The notes under the pieces were generated by a model that saw only the letters and a list, made by a program, of their open reading frames with translations, was not told the DNA's origin and searched no databases. Below, piece by piece: positions 20,206 through 31,151 of a stretch of 64,000 nt of DNA. This DNA is from an uncultured Clostridia bacterium (GTDB lineage: Bacteria; Bacillota; Clostridia; TANB77; CAG-508). Both the position numbers and the translations under genes were made by a program. Location: the NCBI GenBank assembly GCA_947581805.1, contig CANPVM010000001.1, positions 249,712 to 313,711 on the forward strand, written 5' to 3'. The first letter of the stretch is position 1. The number at the start of each line of letters is the position of its first letter.

Positions 20206-20961
20206 ATGGTAACACACATTCAAAAAGGGCACCCAGAAGAAGTAAAAAACAAAAGAACAATGAGAATAAAAGAAGCAATCAGCTTCTCAACTGGAACAAA
20301 AGAAAAGCCAGATATGCATATTATTGGAGAAGTAAATGGTAATAAAATATTTTTCTTAAAGCCAGGGAAAGAATTCTTTAGAGAGAAAAAAAGAAATATA
20401 AATGACATGACTCCTTGTGTAGGAAATTTATATGAAAAATACTCTTTTGGAGATATATGGAAAGATATGTTAAACCTTTCTGTCCACATAAATGAAGAAA
20501 CGTATAAACAATTAAATGTCTTAATATATAGATTAGCATATTTAATGGATTGTACAATAATAGATAAAAAAGTAAGATACCAACCAGAAGGTGAGGTTCT
20601 TGAAACAATAAATAAAATACAAAATGAAATTGATACTGTTGGATATCAATTTAAAGTATTAGAATTTTTGAACTTTATAGATATTTTAAGTTGGAATGAA
20701 GATGTAAAATACCAACCAGATTGCCTATTTGAAAAAGAAAGAGAAAAGGTAGGAAGAATCAACACCATCTTAAGTTTAATTTCAATACCATTAATATTTA
20801 AACAATTTGTTGATGAAATTATCAAAAACAAGCAATCTTTAGAAAAATTAAATTATTCATTATTAGTAGATGTTGCGCAAAACTTTTCTAGAACTAGAGG
20901 AGTCCATCCAATATCAAATAAGCAACTAATTCAATATTTAAGTCCATATTTAACTGAATAA
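20206..20961 (+). CDS. hypothetical protein, candidate type II restriction endonuclease partner of adjacent methyltransferase
   Basis: 251 aa, RBS aaggagg, directly upstream and co-directional with the C5-MTase; no recognisable motif, so assignment is positional only. Confidence 0.3.
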   Translation: MVTHIQKGHPEEVKNKRTMRIKEAISFSTGTKEKPDMHIIGEVNGNKIFFLKPGKEFFREKKRNINDMTPCVGNLYEKYSFGDIWKDMLNLSVHINEETYKQLNVLIYRLAYLMDCTIIDKKVRYQPEGEVLETINKIQNEIDTVGYQFKVLEFLNFIDILSWNEDVKYQPDCLFEKEREKVGRINTILSLISIPLIFKQFVDEIIKNKQSLEKLNYSLLVDVAQNFSRTRGVHPISNKQLIQYLSPYLTE

Positions 20962-21060
20962 AAGAAGAAAACTATTGACAACAAACAAATGTTTATATAT
21001 AATAAAAACAAAAGAATAATATAAAATAATAACAAGAAAACAAAAAGGAGTACTACATAA

Positions 21061-22260
21061 ATGATAGAAAAAACAGTTTGTGAATTATTTGCAGGAGTTG
21101 GAGGATTTAGATTAGGACTAGAAAAAGAAAATCCAGAATGGAATACCGTATGGGCCAATCAATGGGAACCAGGAAAGAAAAACCAATATGCCTTCGATTG
21201 CTATGTATCACATTTTGGTGAAAGCGAAAACTATGTTAATGAAGATATTGCAAATGTAGATAAAAATATTATTCCAGAACACAATCTATTAGTAGGCGGA
21301 TTTCCTTGCCAAGACTATTCAGTAGCAAGAACAGGGGCAGAAGGAATCGATGGAAAAAAGGGAGTACTATGGTGGCAAATTAGAGATATATTAGAAAAAA
21401 AGCAACCTAAATTTGTACTATTAGAAAATGTTGATAGACTATTGAAATCACCAACAAAACAGAGAGGAAGAGACTTTGGTGTTATATTAGCATGCTTTAA
21501 TGATTTAGGATATAGTGTGGAATGGAGAGTAATCAATGCAGCAGATTATGGATTTGCCCAAAAAAGAAGAAGAACATTCATATATGCAACGAAAAATAGC
21601 ACTACTTATTACAATTCAATAAAAAATAAAAGCTTTGAAGAAATTATCCATAAAGATGGTTTTTTTGCCAAAGAATTTAAAATACAAGAGAATACAAAAG
21701 GAATTGCGCAAGAATTCAAATATAAAGATATATATGAAGTATCAGACAATTTTAAAATGGCATTTGAAAACGCAGGAATTATGAAAGATAATCAGATATA
21801 TATAGAAAAAGTAGAACCTAAATATATTGAGCCAACAAAATTAAGAGAAGTACTGGAAGAAGATGCAGATAAAAAATATTATGTAGTAGGAAATATAGAA
21901 AAATGGAAAGAATTAAAAGGTCCTAAAAAAATTGATAGAGTAAGCAAAACAGGATTTAAATATGTCTTTTCAGAAGGTGGCATGTTATTTCCAGATGCAT
22001 TAGATAGGCCAGCTAGAACTATGCTAACAAGTGAATCTAGCGTTAATAGAAGCTCTCATATAATAGAAGATCCAAAGAAAAAAGAATTAAGAATATTAAC
22101 TCCAATAGAAGCAGAAAGGATAAATGGATTTGATGACAACTGGACAAATACAGGAATGCCAGAAAAATTTAGATATTTCTGTATGGGAAATGCCTTAGTA
22201 GTTGGATTAATAGAAAAAATGGCAAATAGATTAGATGATATATTTGCACAAGAAAATTAA
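21061..22260 (+). CDS. DNA (cytosine-5)-methyltransferase (Dcm/type II m5C MTase)
   Basis: Motif I 'FAGVGGFRLGL', motif IV 'GGFPCQDYS', motif VI 'LLENVDRLL', motif VIII 'FIYAT' region, C-terminal 'GNALVVGL'; RBS aaaggag. Confidence 0.9.
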   Translation: MIEKTVCELFAGVGGFRLGLEKENPEWNTVWANQWEPGKKNQYAFDCYVSHFGESENYVNEDIANVDKNIIPEHNLLVGGFPCQDYSVARTGAEGIDGKKGVLWWQIRDILEKKQPKFVLLENVDRLLKSPTKQRGRDFGVILACFNDLGYSVEWRVINAADYGFAQKRRRTFIYATKNSTTYYNSIKNKSFEEIIHKDGFFAKEFKIQENTKGIAQEFKYKDIYEVSDNFKMAFENAGIMKDNQIYIEKVEPKYIEPTKLREVLEEDADKKYYVVGNIEKWKELKGPKKIDRVSKTGFKYVFSEGGMLFPDALDRPARTMLTSESSVNRSSHIIEDPKKKELRILTPIEAERINGFDDNWTNTGMPEKFRYFCMGNALVVGLIEKMANRLDDIFAQEN

Positions 22261-22319
22261 GTAGGAACATTTGCTAAAAATACAAATTCTATTTCATAAA
22301 TTAAAGCAAGGAGGCTTTC

Positions 22320-22889
22320 ATGAAAATAATATTAGCATCAAAATCGCCAAGAAGAAAAGAATTATTAGACTTATTAAACCTAGAATATGAAATAAAAGTA
22401 AGCGATATCGACGAAACATTAGAACCAAACTTGAGTGTACAAGAGCAAGCCAAAAGGCTATCATACATAAAAGCCAAAACAGTCTTTGAACAAACCTCAG
22501 GTGATAGAATTGTAATAGGTTCAGATACCATGGTAATCAAAAACAACAAAATATATGGAAAGCCTAAAAATGAAGAAGATGCATTTCATATGCTAGAACA
22601 ACTAAAAAATACAAAACATGATGTCATTACAGGGTTAACAATATTGGTAGAAAAGGATGGAAAATATGAAGAATATATTACCTATGACATGGCAGAAGTT
22701 TATTTTAAAGATATGACAAAAGAAGAAATAGAAAAATGGCTCAAAACAGGAAAAGCAATGGACAAAGCAGGAGCTTATGCCATTCAAGGGGAATTTATGG
22801 TATTCATTGAAAAAATAAATGGAAATTATTCTACGGTAATGGGACTTCCAATACATAAAGTGTATGATATTCTAAAGAAAATAATATAA
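22320..22889 (+). CDS. maf: Maf-family nucleoside triphosphate pyrophosphatase (septum formation protein Maf)
   Basis: 'MKIILASKSPRRKELLDLLNL...VIGSDTMV...GKP...A...GAYAIQG' typical Maf motifs. Confidence 0.85.
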   Translation: MKIILASKSPRRKELLDLLNLEYEIKVSDIDETLEPNLSVQEQAKRLSYIKAKTVFEQTSGDRIVIGSDTMVIKNNKIYGKPKNEEDAFHMLEQLKNTKHDVITGLTILVEKDGKYEEYITYDMAEVYFKDMTKEEIEKWLKTGKAMDKAGAYAIQGEFMVFIEKINGNYSTVMGLPIHKVYDILKKII

Positions 22890-22944
22890 AAAAGAAGGCA
22901 TAGTTTGAAAAAAGATGTATGCCTTTAAGTGAAGTAAGAAAGGA

Positions 22945-23727
22945 ATGAAATTTATTATGAACTACGAAAGAGCATGTGGATGCATTATCATTCATGAAAA
23001 TAAAGTGCTATTAGTTCAACACAATGCAGGGCATTGGGATTTCCCAAAAGGTCATATAGAGGAAAATGAAACAGAAATACAAACAGCCATAAGAGAAGTA
23101 AAAGAAGAAACAAATATTGACGCTATAGTACAAGAGAATAAAAGATATGTAAGTGAATATTACTCAAAAGAAGATACTTTGAAACAAGTTATTTTCTTTC
23201 TTGCTACTTGCAAAGAAACAGAAACGAAAAAGCAGGAAGCGGAAATACAAAATATAGAATGGCTTCCATTTGAAGAAGCATTAGAAAGAATTACTTACTC
23301 TAATTCAAAGAAAATATTAAAGCAAGTAATGGAAGATATTAAAATAGATCAACAAAATACAAACAGCCATTTATATGAAAAAGAAGAAAATGCAAACTAT
23401 GAATATATAGGAAAACTAGTAACAGCAAAAATTGATAGACCACTTGGTAGTAAGCACCCAAAGCATGGCTTCATTTATCCAGTTAATTACGGTTATATTC
23501 CTAATACTATCAGTAGTGATGGAGAAGAATTAGATTGTTACATTTTAGGTGTATTTGAACCATTAGAGGAATTTACAGGAAAATGTATAGCAATTATTCA
23601 TAGGTTAAATGACCAAGATGATAAACTAATTTTAGTACCAGAAGGAAAAAAATATACAAAAGAGCAAATAATAGCATTAACAGAATTTCAAGAACAATAT
23701 TTTAAAAGTAAAATAATAGAAGAATAG
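22945..23727 (+). CDS. NUDIX hydrolase fused to a C-terminal domain resembling inorganic pyrophosphatase-like fold
   Basis: NUDIX box 'GHWDFPKGHIEENETEIQTAIREVKEETNI'; C-terminal 'KIDRPLGSKHP...YPVNYGYIPNTISSDGEELDCYILG'. Confidence 0.6.
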   Translation: MKFIMNYERACGCIIIHENKVLLVQHNAGHWDFPKGHIEENETEIQTAIREVKEETNIDAIVQENKRYVSEYYSKEDTLKQVIFFLATCKETETKKQEAEIQNIEWLPFEEALERITYSNSKKILKQVMEDIKIDQQNTNSHLYEKEENANYEYIGKLVTAKIDRPLGSKHPKHGFIYPVNYGYIPNTISSDGEELDCYILGVFEPLEEFTGKCIAIIHRLNDQDDKLILVPEGKKYTKEQIIALTEFQEQYFKSKIIEE

Positions 23728-23930
23728 AAAATGTCGGAAAATTAAAATTTGATTGGTTTACCAACATTTTTTATTCTATTATTGCCAATTTTGTAGAACA
23801 AAGTCGATATTTGACGATGAAAAATGCTTGCAATACGAAACAAAACATGATATACATAATATAACTTTTATCAAAGTAAATTAAGTCAAAAAATTAAATC
23901 TATTTTATTCCAAAAAGAAAAGAGGAAATC

Positions 23931-25472
23931 ATGTTATCAATTGTAAAAAGTATGTCACTAAGTGGTCTAGATGGCTATCTTGTTTCTGTGCAAGTAGATG
24001 TTTCCGCAGGTATTCCTGCATGGGAAATCGTGCGGACTTCCTGATACTAGTGTCAGAGAATCCAAAGAAAGAGTAAAAACAGCTATTAAAAATTCTGGCT
24101 ATGAATTATTAAGTAGAAAAATTGTAGTGAATTTAGCTCCAGCCGATACCAAAAAAGAAGGTTCTTTCTTTGATTTACCAATTGCCATTGGAATCTTAAC
24201 CTGTCTTGGAGAAATTAGGCAAAGTAAACTAGAAAACATAGCGTTTCTAGGCGAGTTATCTTTAGACGGAAGTTTAAATCAAATCAATGGAATTTTACCT
24301 ATGTGTATTGAAGCAAAAAAGTTAGGAATTGAAAAAATGGTAGTGCCAATACAAAATGCCAAAGAAGCGGCAGTGGTAAAGGGTATTCAAATTATTGGCG
24401 CAAATACTCTGAGCCAAGCAGTAGAATATTTAAATGAAAGAGAAGATATTAAGCCATATGAAATAAATATGGAAGAATTATACCAAGAGGCAGAAGAGGA
24501 GAAATTTGACTTTTGCGAAGTAAAAGGTCAAGAAAATATTAAAAGGGCAATTGAAGTAGCAGCAGCTGGTGGTCACAATATTCTACTAATTGGAAATCCA
24601 CGGCTCACGGAAAAACCATGATGGCAAGAAGAATTCCATCTATTTTACCAGATTTAAGTTTTGAAGAAGCCTTAGAAACAACAAAAATACATAGTGTGGC
24701 AGGTCTTTTAAGCAAAGAGATCCCATTTATTATGGCAAGGCCATTTCGTGCGCCACACCATACTATTTCTACCACCTCTTTAGTAGGTGGAGGCAGAATT
24801 CCAAAACCAGGAGAAATTAGTTTAGCTCATCATGGAGTTTTATTTTTAGATGAACTGCCAGAATTCCAAAAAAGTACTTTAGAAGTAATGCGTGGACCAT
24901 TAGAAGATAAATTAGTAACAATAGCAAGAGTAAATAGTACACTAACATACCCTTGTAATTTTATGCTAGTTGCTTCTATGAATCCGTGCCCTTGTGGCTT
25001 TTATGGCTCCAAGCAAAAAGAATGTACTTGTCAGCCACAAGCTATTAATAAATATTTAGCTAAAATTAGTGGTCCATTATTAGATAGAATAGACATTCAA
25101 ATTGAAGTATCTTCAGTAAGTTATCATCATTTAAAAAAAGATACACCAGAAGAAACTTCAATGCAAATAAAGAAAAGAGTAAATGAGGCAAGAAAAATAC
25201 AATTAGAAAGGTATAAAGAAGAAGGTATTTATTCTAATAGCGAATTAACACCTAAATTACAAGAAAAATACTGTGCTTTAGGAAAAGAAGAAAGCATGCT
25301 TTTAAAGCAAGCATTTGATAGTTTAAATTTAAGTGCAAGAGCTTATGGCAGAATTCTAAAAGTAGCAAGGACTATTGCAGATTTAGACAGAAAAGAAAAT
25401 ATAGAAGTTTCCCATATTGCAGAAGCTATTCAATATAGAAGTTTAGATAAAAAATATAGGAAAGTTATATAA
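23931..25472 (+). pseudogene. comM: comM/yifB (Mg-chelatase-like AAA+ competence protein) split by three single-C insertions (24033, 24601, 24608)
   Basis: Frame 1 'MLSIVKSMSLSGLDGYLVSVQVDVSAGIPAWEIV' then stop. Deleting c24033 restores '...EIVGLPDTSVRESKERV'. Walker A reads 'GNPRLTEKP*' but is 'GNPGSGKTMMARR' after removing c24601 and c24608. C-terminal half 24618-25472 carries 'GVLFLDELPEF' sensor region. Confidence 0.8.
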
Positions 25473-25529
25473 CTGAATGATTGTAAAATAAGAAAAGGAG
25501 AAATAACAATAGAAATAAAACAAATAAAA

Positions 25530-26417
25530 TTGACAGATAAAAAATATCCAGAAAAATTAAGAACAATTAAAAATCCACCTCAAAAATTATATGTAATGGG
25601 AGATGCAAATTTATTAAATAAGCAAAGTATTGCCATTGTAGGAAGTAGAGATGCAAGTGAATATGGAAAGAAATATGCTGCCCTGTTTTCTAATAGCATT
25701 GCTCATTCTAATATTGCAGTGGTAAGTGGTCTAGCCGTAGGAATTGATTCTATTGCACATCAAAATGCAATGAAAGAAAAAGGGAAAACAATTGCAGCAA
25801 TTGCGTCTGGTTTTTCACATATGTATCCAAAAGAAAATATTCCATTATATCAAGCAATATTAAAAAATGGAGGTTGTATTGTTAGCGAATATCCACCAGA
25901 AACAAAACCAAATATGCAGGCATTTCCTATGCGAAACCGTATTATTGCAGGGTTATCTATGGCAGTGATTGTTATAGAAGCTAAACACCGAAGTGGTAGT
26001 AGTATTACAGCAAGGCATGCATTACAACAGAAAAAACAAGTATTTTGTCTTCCTCACAGTATAGAAGATAAGAATGGTGTAGGTTGTAACCGCTTACTAA
26101 AAAATGGAGCAAAAATAATTACTAAGGCATCTGAATTACAAAATTACCTAAGTATTACCATTAAAGACACAAATCCTTTCAAAGAAAGTACGCAGTCTTT
26201 TTTACCAATTACGTCAGTAGAACAAGATTATCAGCCAATTTATCAAGTATTATTAAATGGGCCAATGGACAATAACCAATTAGCTCAAACATTAAAATGT
26301 TCTATCTCTCATGTTAACCAGATGCTTACTATCATGGAATTAAAAGGTTATATTGAAGCAATACCAGGAAATGAATTTCAAATAAAGCAATATACGAAAG
26401 GAATAGAACAAAAATGA
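25530..26417 (+). CDS. dprA: DNA-processing protein DprA (Smf), short form lacking N-terminal SAM-like domain
   Basis: 'YPEKLRTIKNPPQKLYVMGD...SIAIVGSRDASEYGKKYAALFSNSIAHSNIAVVSGLAVGIDSIAHQ' Rossmann-like DprA core; C-terminal winged-helix-like tail; in-frame stop upstream of TTG start. Confidence 0.85.
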   Translation: MTDKKYPEKLRTIKNPPQKLYVMGDANLLNKQSIAIVGSRDASEYGKKYAALFSNSIAHSNIAVVSGLAVGIDSIAHQNAMKEKGKTIAAIASGFSHMYPKENIPLYQAILKNGGCIVSEYPPETKPNMQAFPMRNRIIAGLSMAVIVIEAKHRSGSSITARHALQQKKQVFCLPHSIEDKNGVGCNRLLKNGAKIITKASELQNYLSITIKDTNPFKESTQSFLPITSVEQDYQPIYQVLLNGPMDNNQLAQTLKCSISHVNQMLTIMELKGYIEAIPGNEFQIKQYTKGIEQK

Positions 26418-26459
26418 AATTGGGCAAACAAAAAATAAAATAAAGGAGAAATCAAAAGC

Positions 26460-26816
26460 ATGTATAAAAGGCATGTAACGGGAAAAGAAGGCGAGCAAGT
26501 GGCAACAGAATTTCTAAAATACCTTGGTTATGAAATAATAGAGCGAAATTTCCAAACAAGACAAGGGGAAATTGATATTATTGCAAAAGATAAAGAAGAA
26601 TATGTTTTTATTGAAGTAAAAACAAGAAAAAATAAAAACTATGGAGAGCCTATTGATGCCATAGATAAGAGGAAAATTGAGCATATGAAAGGGGCAATTC
26701 GTTATTACTTATATATTCATCAACTAGAAAATGAGTTAATTCGCATAGATGTCATAGAAGTTTTATACCAAGCAAGTACTTTCCAAATTCATCACATTAA
26801 ACAAGCAATCGAATAG
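26460..26816 (+). CDS. yraN: YraN-family (UPF0102) endonuclease-like protein
   Basis: 'GEQVATEFLKYLGYEIIERNFQTRQGEIDIIAKDKEEYVFIEVKTR' PD-(D/E)xK-like YraN signature. Confidence 0.8.
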   Translation: MYKRHVTGKEGEQVATEFLKYLGYEIIERNFQTRQGEIDIIAKDKEEYVFIEVKTRKNKNYGEPIDAIDKRKIEHMKGAIRYYLYIHQLENELIRIDVIEVLYQASTFQIHHIKQAIE

Positions 26817-27251
26817 AGGTTAAAAATGTAAAGCCTTTTTATTTATGTTGGAAAAACATATACATCATTCAAAAATAAGAGAAAACAAAATTGTATGAAC
26901 AAGCATAAAATAAAAGCTAAAAGAACAGTAGCTTTTATTTTATTTCAAGTAAATACGTTTTGTTGCTAGAAAAAAATCTTTAAGAATAAAAATAAAATAT
27001 AAAAAATATGGCAGAACGAATTTGATTGAAAAATGTGTGTATTTACTAATTATTTTAAGTATAACACAAGATAAGTGTCGAAAAATATCAAAAATTGTCA
27101 AACAGACAAAAACAAGTAATAAATTTTATTATTTATTACCTGTTTTAAAAACACATTAATATAATTTAATGATTAACTTCTATAAAATAACACTATATTT
27201 ATTCTATTTGGCTAATATATAGTCATATCACAAATAGCATAATGACAAAAT

Positions 27252-28541
27252 TTATTTCAAACAATATTTTTTCTCATAAAGTTCTTTTGCAATCTCAGGG
27301 TTGTGAGCACCATTAAAATCTTTAATAGGTGCAAATTCTTCATTTTCCTCAACTCTTAAAAGTTCAATTTCATCAAATAAAGAAAAAGCATCAAAAATAA
27401 ATGTCTCAAATTTAAAAGTATTAGGACTTTCGGGAACTTGCTTCATGCCTTCTTCGTTTACAAAAGTATTTTTCTTAAAAGCTCTATGATAAGGAAGGAA
27501 AACTTTCACGATTTTTTCTAAAGCAGAAATATTAAATAGGTGAGCAAGTAGATTAATTTCGCGGTATAAGTAATGTCCATTTTCATCTATGGCTATTTTC
27601 ATTTCAGGGGTTAAATGACAACTATTGATAATAGCAGGTTTTCCATCCCTTCTTGCAAAAATCCAATCTTTATCTTCTATATTCTTTTTAAATAAAGTTT
27701 TAGAAGCAATAACTTTATTATTAGCAATAGTCAAACCTAAAAGTAAAGGGTCTACAATATCCAAAATAACATTGTCTACACCGGAAAAGAAAATCCACTC
27801 GATTTGTTTTTGTTTCATGTCCTTTAAAATACCATGTCGCTTCATAGAAAGAAATACATCACCATTGCCATTAGAAGCTTCTTTAATTTTATAAGGTTCT
27901 TCTAAAATTAAATTTCCAGAAAGATTAATTAAAGGAAGTTCTGATTGTTCAAAGAAGTAAATACTATCTTTAGGATAATCAAAGAAATTCTTTTCCTCAA
28001 AAAATTTTTTTGTTTGTTCGTCATTATAAATACTAGTCATTATATACCAAGGAATGGTAATATTGTATTTTTCATTTGCTTCTTTTAAATGCTCACATAA
28101 AATTTCAAAAAGAGATTTTTTAGGTTCTGTATCAAGTTCAAAAGTACCTTTTGGACCTTTATAACCAAGCCTGGTACCTTGACCACCTGCTAAGGTTACA
28201 ACTGCATATTTACCATTTACAATGGCATTTTCTCCAATAGAACAATAATACATGAATTCTTCTGTTGTTAAATCTTTTTTAATTGTATAAGGCAAAGGCG
28301 CGATACTACGATGAGGAATAAGCTCATCTTTTTTAGAAGCCTCATACAAAGAAAAAATTTGCTCAAAATTAATTTGGCATATTTGGCTAATTAATTGCTC
28401 TTTTTCATCATTATTTAATTCATCATAGAAATTTAGCAAATGTTCCTGCTTATATTTAGCAAGAATTCTTTTTGCCATTTCATAATTTTGCATCATATCG
28501 ACCATCAAATCCTTTATTATATCATATACAACAAAGCACAA
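27252..28541 (-). CDS. UDP-sugar pyrophosphorylase (UDPGP family, UAP1/USP-like nucleotidyltransferase)
   Basis: 'VVTLAGGQGTRLGYKGPKGTFEL' nucleotide-binding loop of the eukaryotic-type UDPGP family; N-terminus of ORF probably over-extended. Confidence 0.7.
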   Translation of the reverse strand: MCFVVYDIIKDLMVDMMQNYEMAKRILAKYKQEHLLNFYDELNNDEKEQLISQICQINFEQIFSLYEASKKDELIPHRSIAPLPYTIKKDLTTEEFMYYCSIGENAIVNGKYAVVTLAGGQGTRLGYKGPKGTFELDTEPKKSLFEILCEHLKEANEKYNITIPWYIMTSIYNDEQTKKFFEEKNFFDYPKDSIYFFEQSELPLINLSGNLILEEPYKIKEASNGNGDVFLSMKRHGILKDMKQKQIEWIFFSGVDNVILDIVDPLLLGLTIANNKVIASKTLFKKNIEDKDWIFARRDGKPAIINSCHLTPEMKIAIDENGHYLYREINLLAHLFNISALEKIVKVFLPYHRAFKKNTFVNEEGMKQVPESPNTFKFETFIFDAFSLFDEIELLRVEENEEFAPIKDFNGAHNPEIAKELYEKKYCLK

Positions 28542-28607
28542 ATCAGTGATTTACTAAACATAACATTTTATAAAAATTTTCGCAATGTACAATACATAAT
28601 AATACAA

Positions 28608-29402
28608 TTAGTGATTTGCTGTAATTAAAGATTTCATAATAATTTCCTTATTAGGCATGTCAGATTCTTTCAAATACGCAAGCTCTTTTTCAATAGAATA
28701 AGGAAGACGAACAAGCGTAAAGGAAATAGAAGAAAGAACGCTGCTATTTAATTCTCCCTCTAAAATCATATAAGAAGACATAGTAGAATATTTTGAAGTA
28801 GCAGTCTCTTCCCCCTCATTCATCATTTCAACAGGAACGCCAACACTACCTACATTAAAAATAGTTTTATTCCCAAAGCGATAAATATTAGGAGTATGCA
28901 AATGACCATAACCAACAATATCAGGAACAGAATCATTCTCTCCCTTTCCTATAAATTCTGTATTTTTAAACAAATCATATGGGTCAGTAATAATTTTATT
29001 AAAGTAAATGCTATCAGAATTAGGAAACATAGGATTAAAAATATGTTCTAAACTAATAGGAGAAGCATGAAAAAGACGAATTAAATGTCCACTCATAGTA
29101 AATTCATAAGAAACAGGTAAGTTATAAATAAACTTAGCTCTCTCTTCACCAATTTTATCTCTGCTCCAAAAACGTCCTTCTTCAATATTAGGACGGCAAA
29201 TAATCTCATCACAATTTCCCAAAAGCATCACTTCACACTTTTGGCGCAATAAATCAATTACTTTATCAGGATTTGCACACTTAATAACGCTATCACCTAA
29301 GCAATAGATTTTTGAGATACCTCTTTTTTCTATGTCAGCTATCACATTTTCAAGTGCTGTAATATTTCCATGAACATCAGATAAAATTGCAATTCTTTCC
29401 AT
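28608..29402 (-). CDS. calcineurin-like metallophosphoesterase
   Basis: 'IAILSDVHGN...IYCLGD...GHLH' metal-binding motifs. Confidence 0.7.
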   Translation of the reverse strand: MERIAILSDVHGNITALENVIADIEKRGISKIYCLGDSVIKCANPDKVIDLLRQKCEVMLLGNCDEIICRPNIEEGRFWSRDKIGEERAKFIYNLPVSYEFTMSGHLIRLFHASPISLEHIFNPMFPNSDSIYFNKIITDPYDLFKNTEFIGKGENDSVPDIVGYGHLHTPNIYRFGNKTIFNVGSVGVPVEMMNEGEETATSKYSTMSSYMILEGELNSSVLSSISFTLVRLPYSIEKELAYLKESDMPNKEIIMKSLITANH

Positions 29403-29578
29403 AAACTTAACTCCTTCTCAATTCATATTCATTATAATATAAAACAAAACAATTTACAATATACTTGTCATAAGAAAAAAGTATGGTATGAAATAAAGAA
29501 AAAATGAATAAAGTAATTAGAGGAAAGAAATATATGTTAAAAGAAAATCTTTAAAAATTAAGATAGGGGGAAAAACAA

Positions 29579-30166
29579 ATGTTAGAAATGATTGCATTAC
29601 CATACAATTTCAATGCATTAGAGCCATACTATTCAGAAGAAACATTAAAATTGCATTACAATATTTTATACAAGGGTTATGTAGATAATACTAATAAAAC
29701 ACAAGAACAACTGAAAGAAGCAAGAGAAAAAGGGGATTTTTCAAATATCAAATGTTTAGAAAAAAACTTAAGCTTCTTTGGTTCAGGAGCTATTTTACAT
29801 GAACTTTTCTTTGAAAATATGGGACCAAAAAAGAATACTTCACCTAGTTTATTACTAACAGAGCAAATTACAAAAGATTTTGGAAGTATAGAAACATTTA
29901 AAGCACAATTTGAAGCAGCATCAGCAAGCGTAGAAGCTTCTGGTTGGTGTCTATTAGTGTGGGTTCCAAAATGGAATAAATTAGAAATATTGCAATGTGA
30001 AAAACACCAAAACTTAACCTTATGGGGCTGTGTTCCTATTCTAGTGCTAGATATGTGGGAGCATTCTTACTATTTACAATATAAAACAGAAAGACCAAAA
30101 TATATTCGTGCTTTTTGGAATATTGTGAATTGGGATGTAGTAAACAAAAGATGGAATTTAATTTAA
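29579..30166 (+). CDS. sodA: Fe/Mn-family superoxide dismutase
   Basis: 'LPYNFNALEPYYSEETLKLHYNILYKGYV' N-terminal motif with His ligand; 'ILHELFFENM'; C-terminal 'DMWEHSYYLQY' carries the Asp/His ligands. Confidence 0.7.
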   Translation: MLEMIALPYNFNALEPYYSEETLKLHYNILYKGYVDNTNKTQEQLKEAREKGDFSNIKCLEKNLSFFGSGAILHELFFENMGPKKNTSPSLLLTEQITKDFGSIETFKAQFEAASASVEASGWCLLVWVPKWNKLEILQCEKHQNLTLWGCVPILVLDMWEHSYYLQYKTERPKYIRAFWNIVNWDVVNKRWNLI

Positions 30167-30175
30167 ATTTTAGCG

Positions 30176-30232
30176 AACAGGAGGGACGCCCCTTTTCGTT
30201 CCATTTTGGAACGCCGGGGACACCCCTTGTTT
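30176..30232 (+). repeat. GC-rich palindromic intergenic repeat family 1, copy 1 (GGGACGCCCC-TTTTCGTTCC-A(A/T)TTTGGAACG-C(C/T)GGGGACACCCC)
   Basis: About 50-nt element 10 nt after stop codon; copies also at 38854-38905 and 44338-44390, each directly 3' of a + strand stop and followed by a T-run. Confidence 0.75.
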
Positions 30233-30354
30233 TATTTTTTACAAATGTGGATAAAACAAAAATTTCTTACTAATCTTGCATTATGTTAAATTTTATGATA
30301 TGATTTTATGCAGTAACTATTGTTGAAGAAAACAACTTTAAAAGGAGGAACATT

Positions 30355-30954
30355 ATGAAATACGACACAATGAACGAATACACATTGCAAAGTTATTTTA
30401 AAAGTTTATGCAATAGCTATATTATTGCATATTCGGAGGTAGGGCGGTTAGAAAGAGAGAAAAAAGAAGAAGATTTTCCTCGCGAGGAACTGAAACTGGT
30501 AGAAAGCTTGCTTGCACTCTCTCAACTTTCCACCTCTGCTACATTAAAGGAAAAGTATGTAGAGCAAAAATTCTCGCAGGAGGAACTGGAAAAAAGGAAA
30601 GAAGAACTAAAGATACAGAAAGAAGTCTACGAAGCAGAAAAAGAAAAAATAGAAAAGCAGATGAAATTCTGGAGTGACAAAATGTGGGATATAGTGGAAA
30701 ATATAACAGCGCTGTTATACAGAATGAGAGCGGAAGGCTTTTCTATTATCATTACCAGTGAAGCAGAAATCGTAGTACTTATGGCAGTATTTAACTTTAG
30801 GTCAAATGCAATGAAGGAATTTGCAAGCATCATTAACACCAAAGAGGAATATTTAAAAAGTTTCCCTATAAGTGAACTCTGCCAGGCATTTTTTAGAGCA
30901 TATCAACTAAAAAATGAAAAAGAAATGAAACAGGTAATTCAAAAATACTTCTAA
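30355..30954 (+). CDS. hypothetical coiled-coil protein (199 aa)
   Basis: ORF with RBS aaaggagga; Glu/Lys-rich, no TM. Confidence 0.45.
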   Translation: MKYDTMNEYTLQSYFKSLCNSYIIAYSEVGRLEREKKEEDFPREELKLVESLLALSQLSTSATLKEKYVEQKFSQEELEKRKEELKIQKEVYEAEKEKIEKQMKFWSDKMWDIVENITALLYRMRAEGFSIIITSEAEIVVLMAVFNFRSNAMKEFASIINTKEEYLKSFPISELCQAFFRAYQLKNEKEMKQVIQKYF

Positions 30955-31151
30955 CCATTAACACTAACGCCCAAAAGACACACCAACCTTACTTAAATAA
31001 GTAGGTTGGTGTTTTTTATGTTTAAGTATTTACATAACTAAAAAATTATGTTAAAATATTACAAGAGTTTTATTACTAGTTCTATAAAAAGTAAGTTAGT
31101 GATAAGTGTTTGTGAAACCATTAAACTATTTCATTTTAGGAGGGCAATGAT

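Noticed and set aside
25530-26417. Possible N-terminal truncation of dprA (missing SAM-like domain)
   Set aside because: An in-frame stop lies upstream, and short DprA forms of about 295 aa are normal in Firmicutes, so this is not evidence of a pseudogene.
29579-30166. Degenerate or inactive SOD (second His of the HHxKHH motif absent)
   Set aside because: The residues corresponding to the metal ligands (His in LHYN, His in ILHELFF, Asp/His in DMWEHSYY) appear conserved. It is likely functional.
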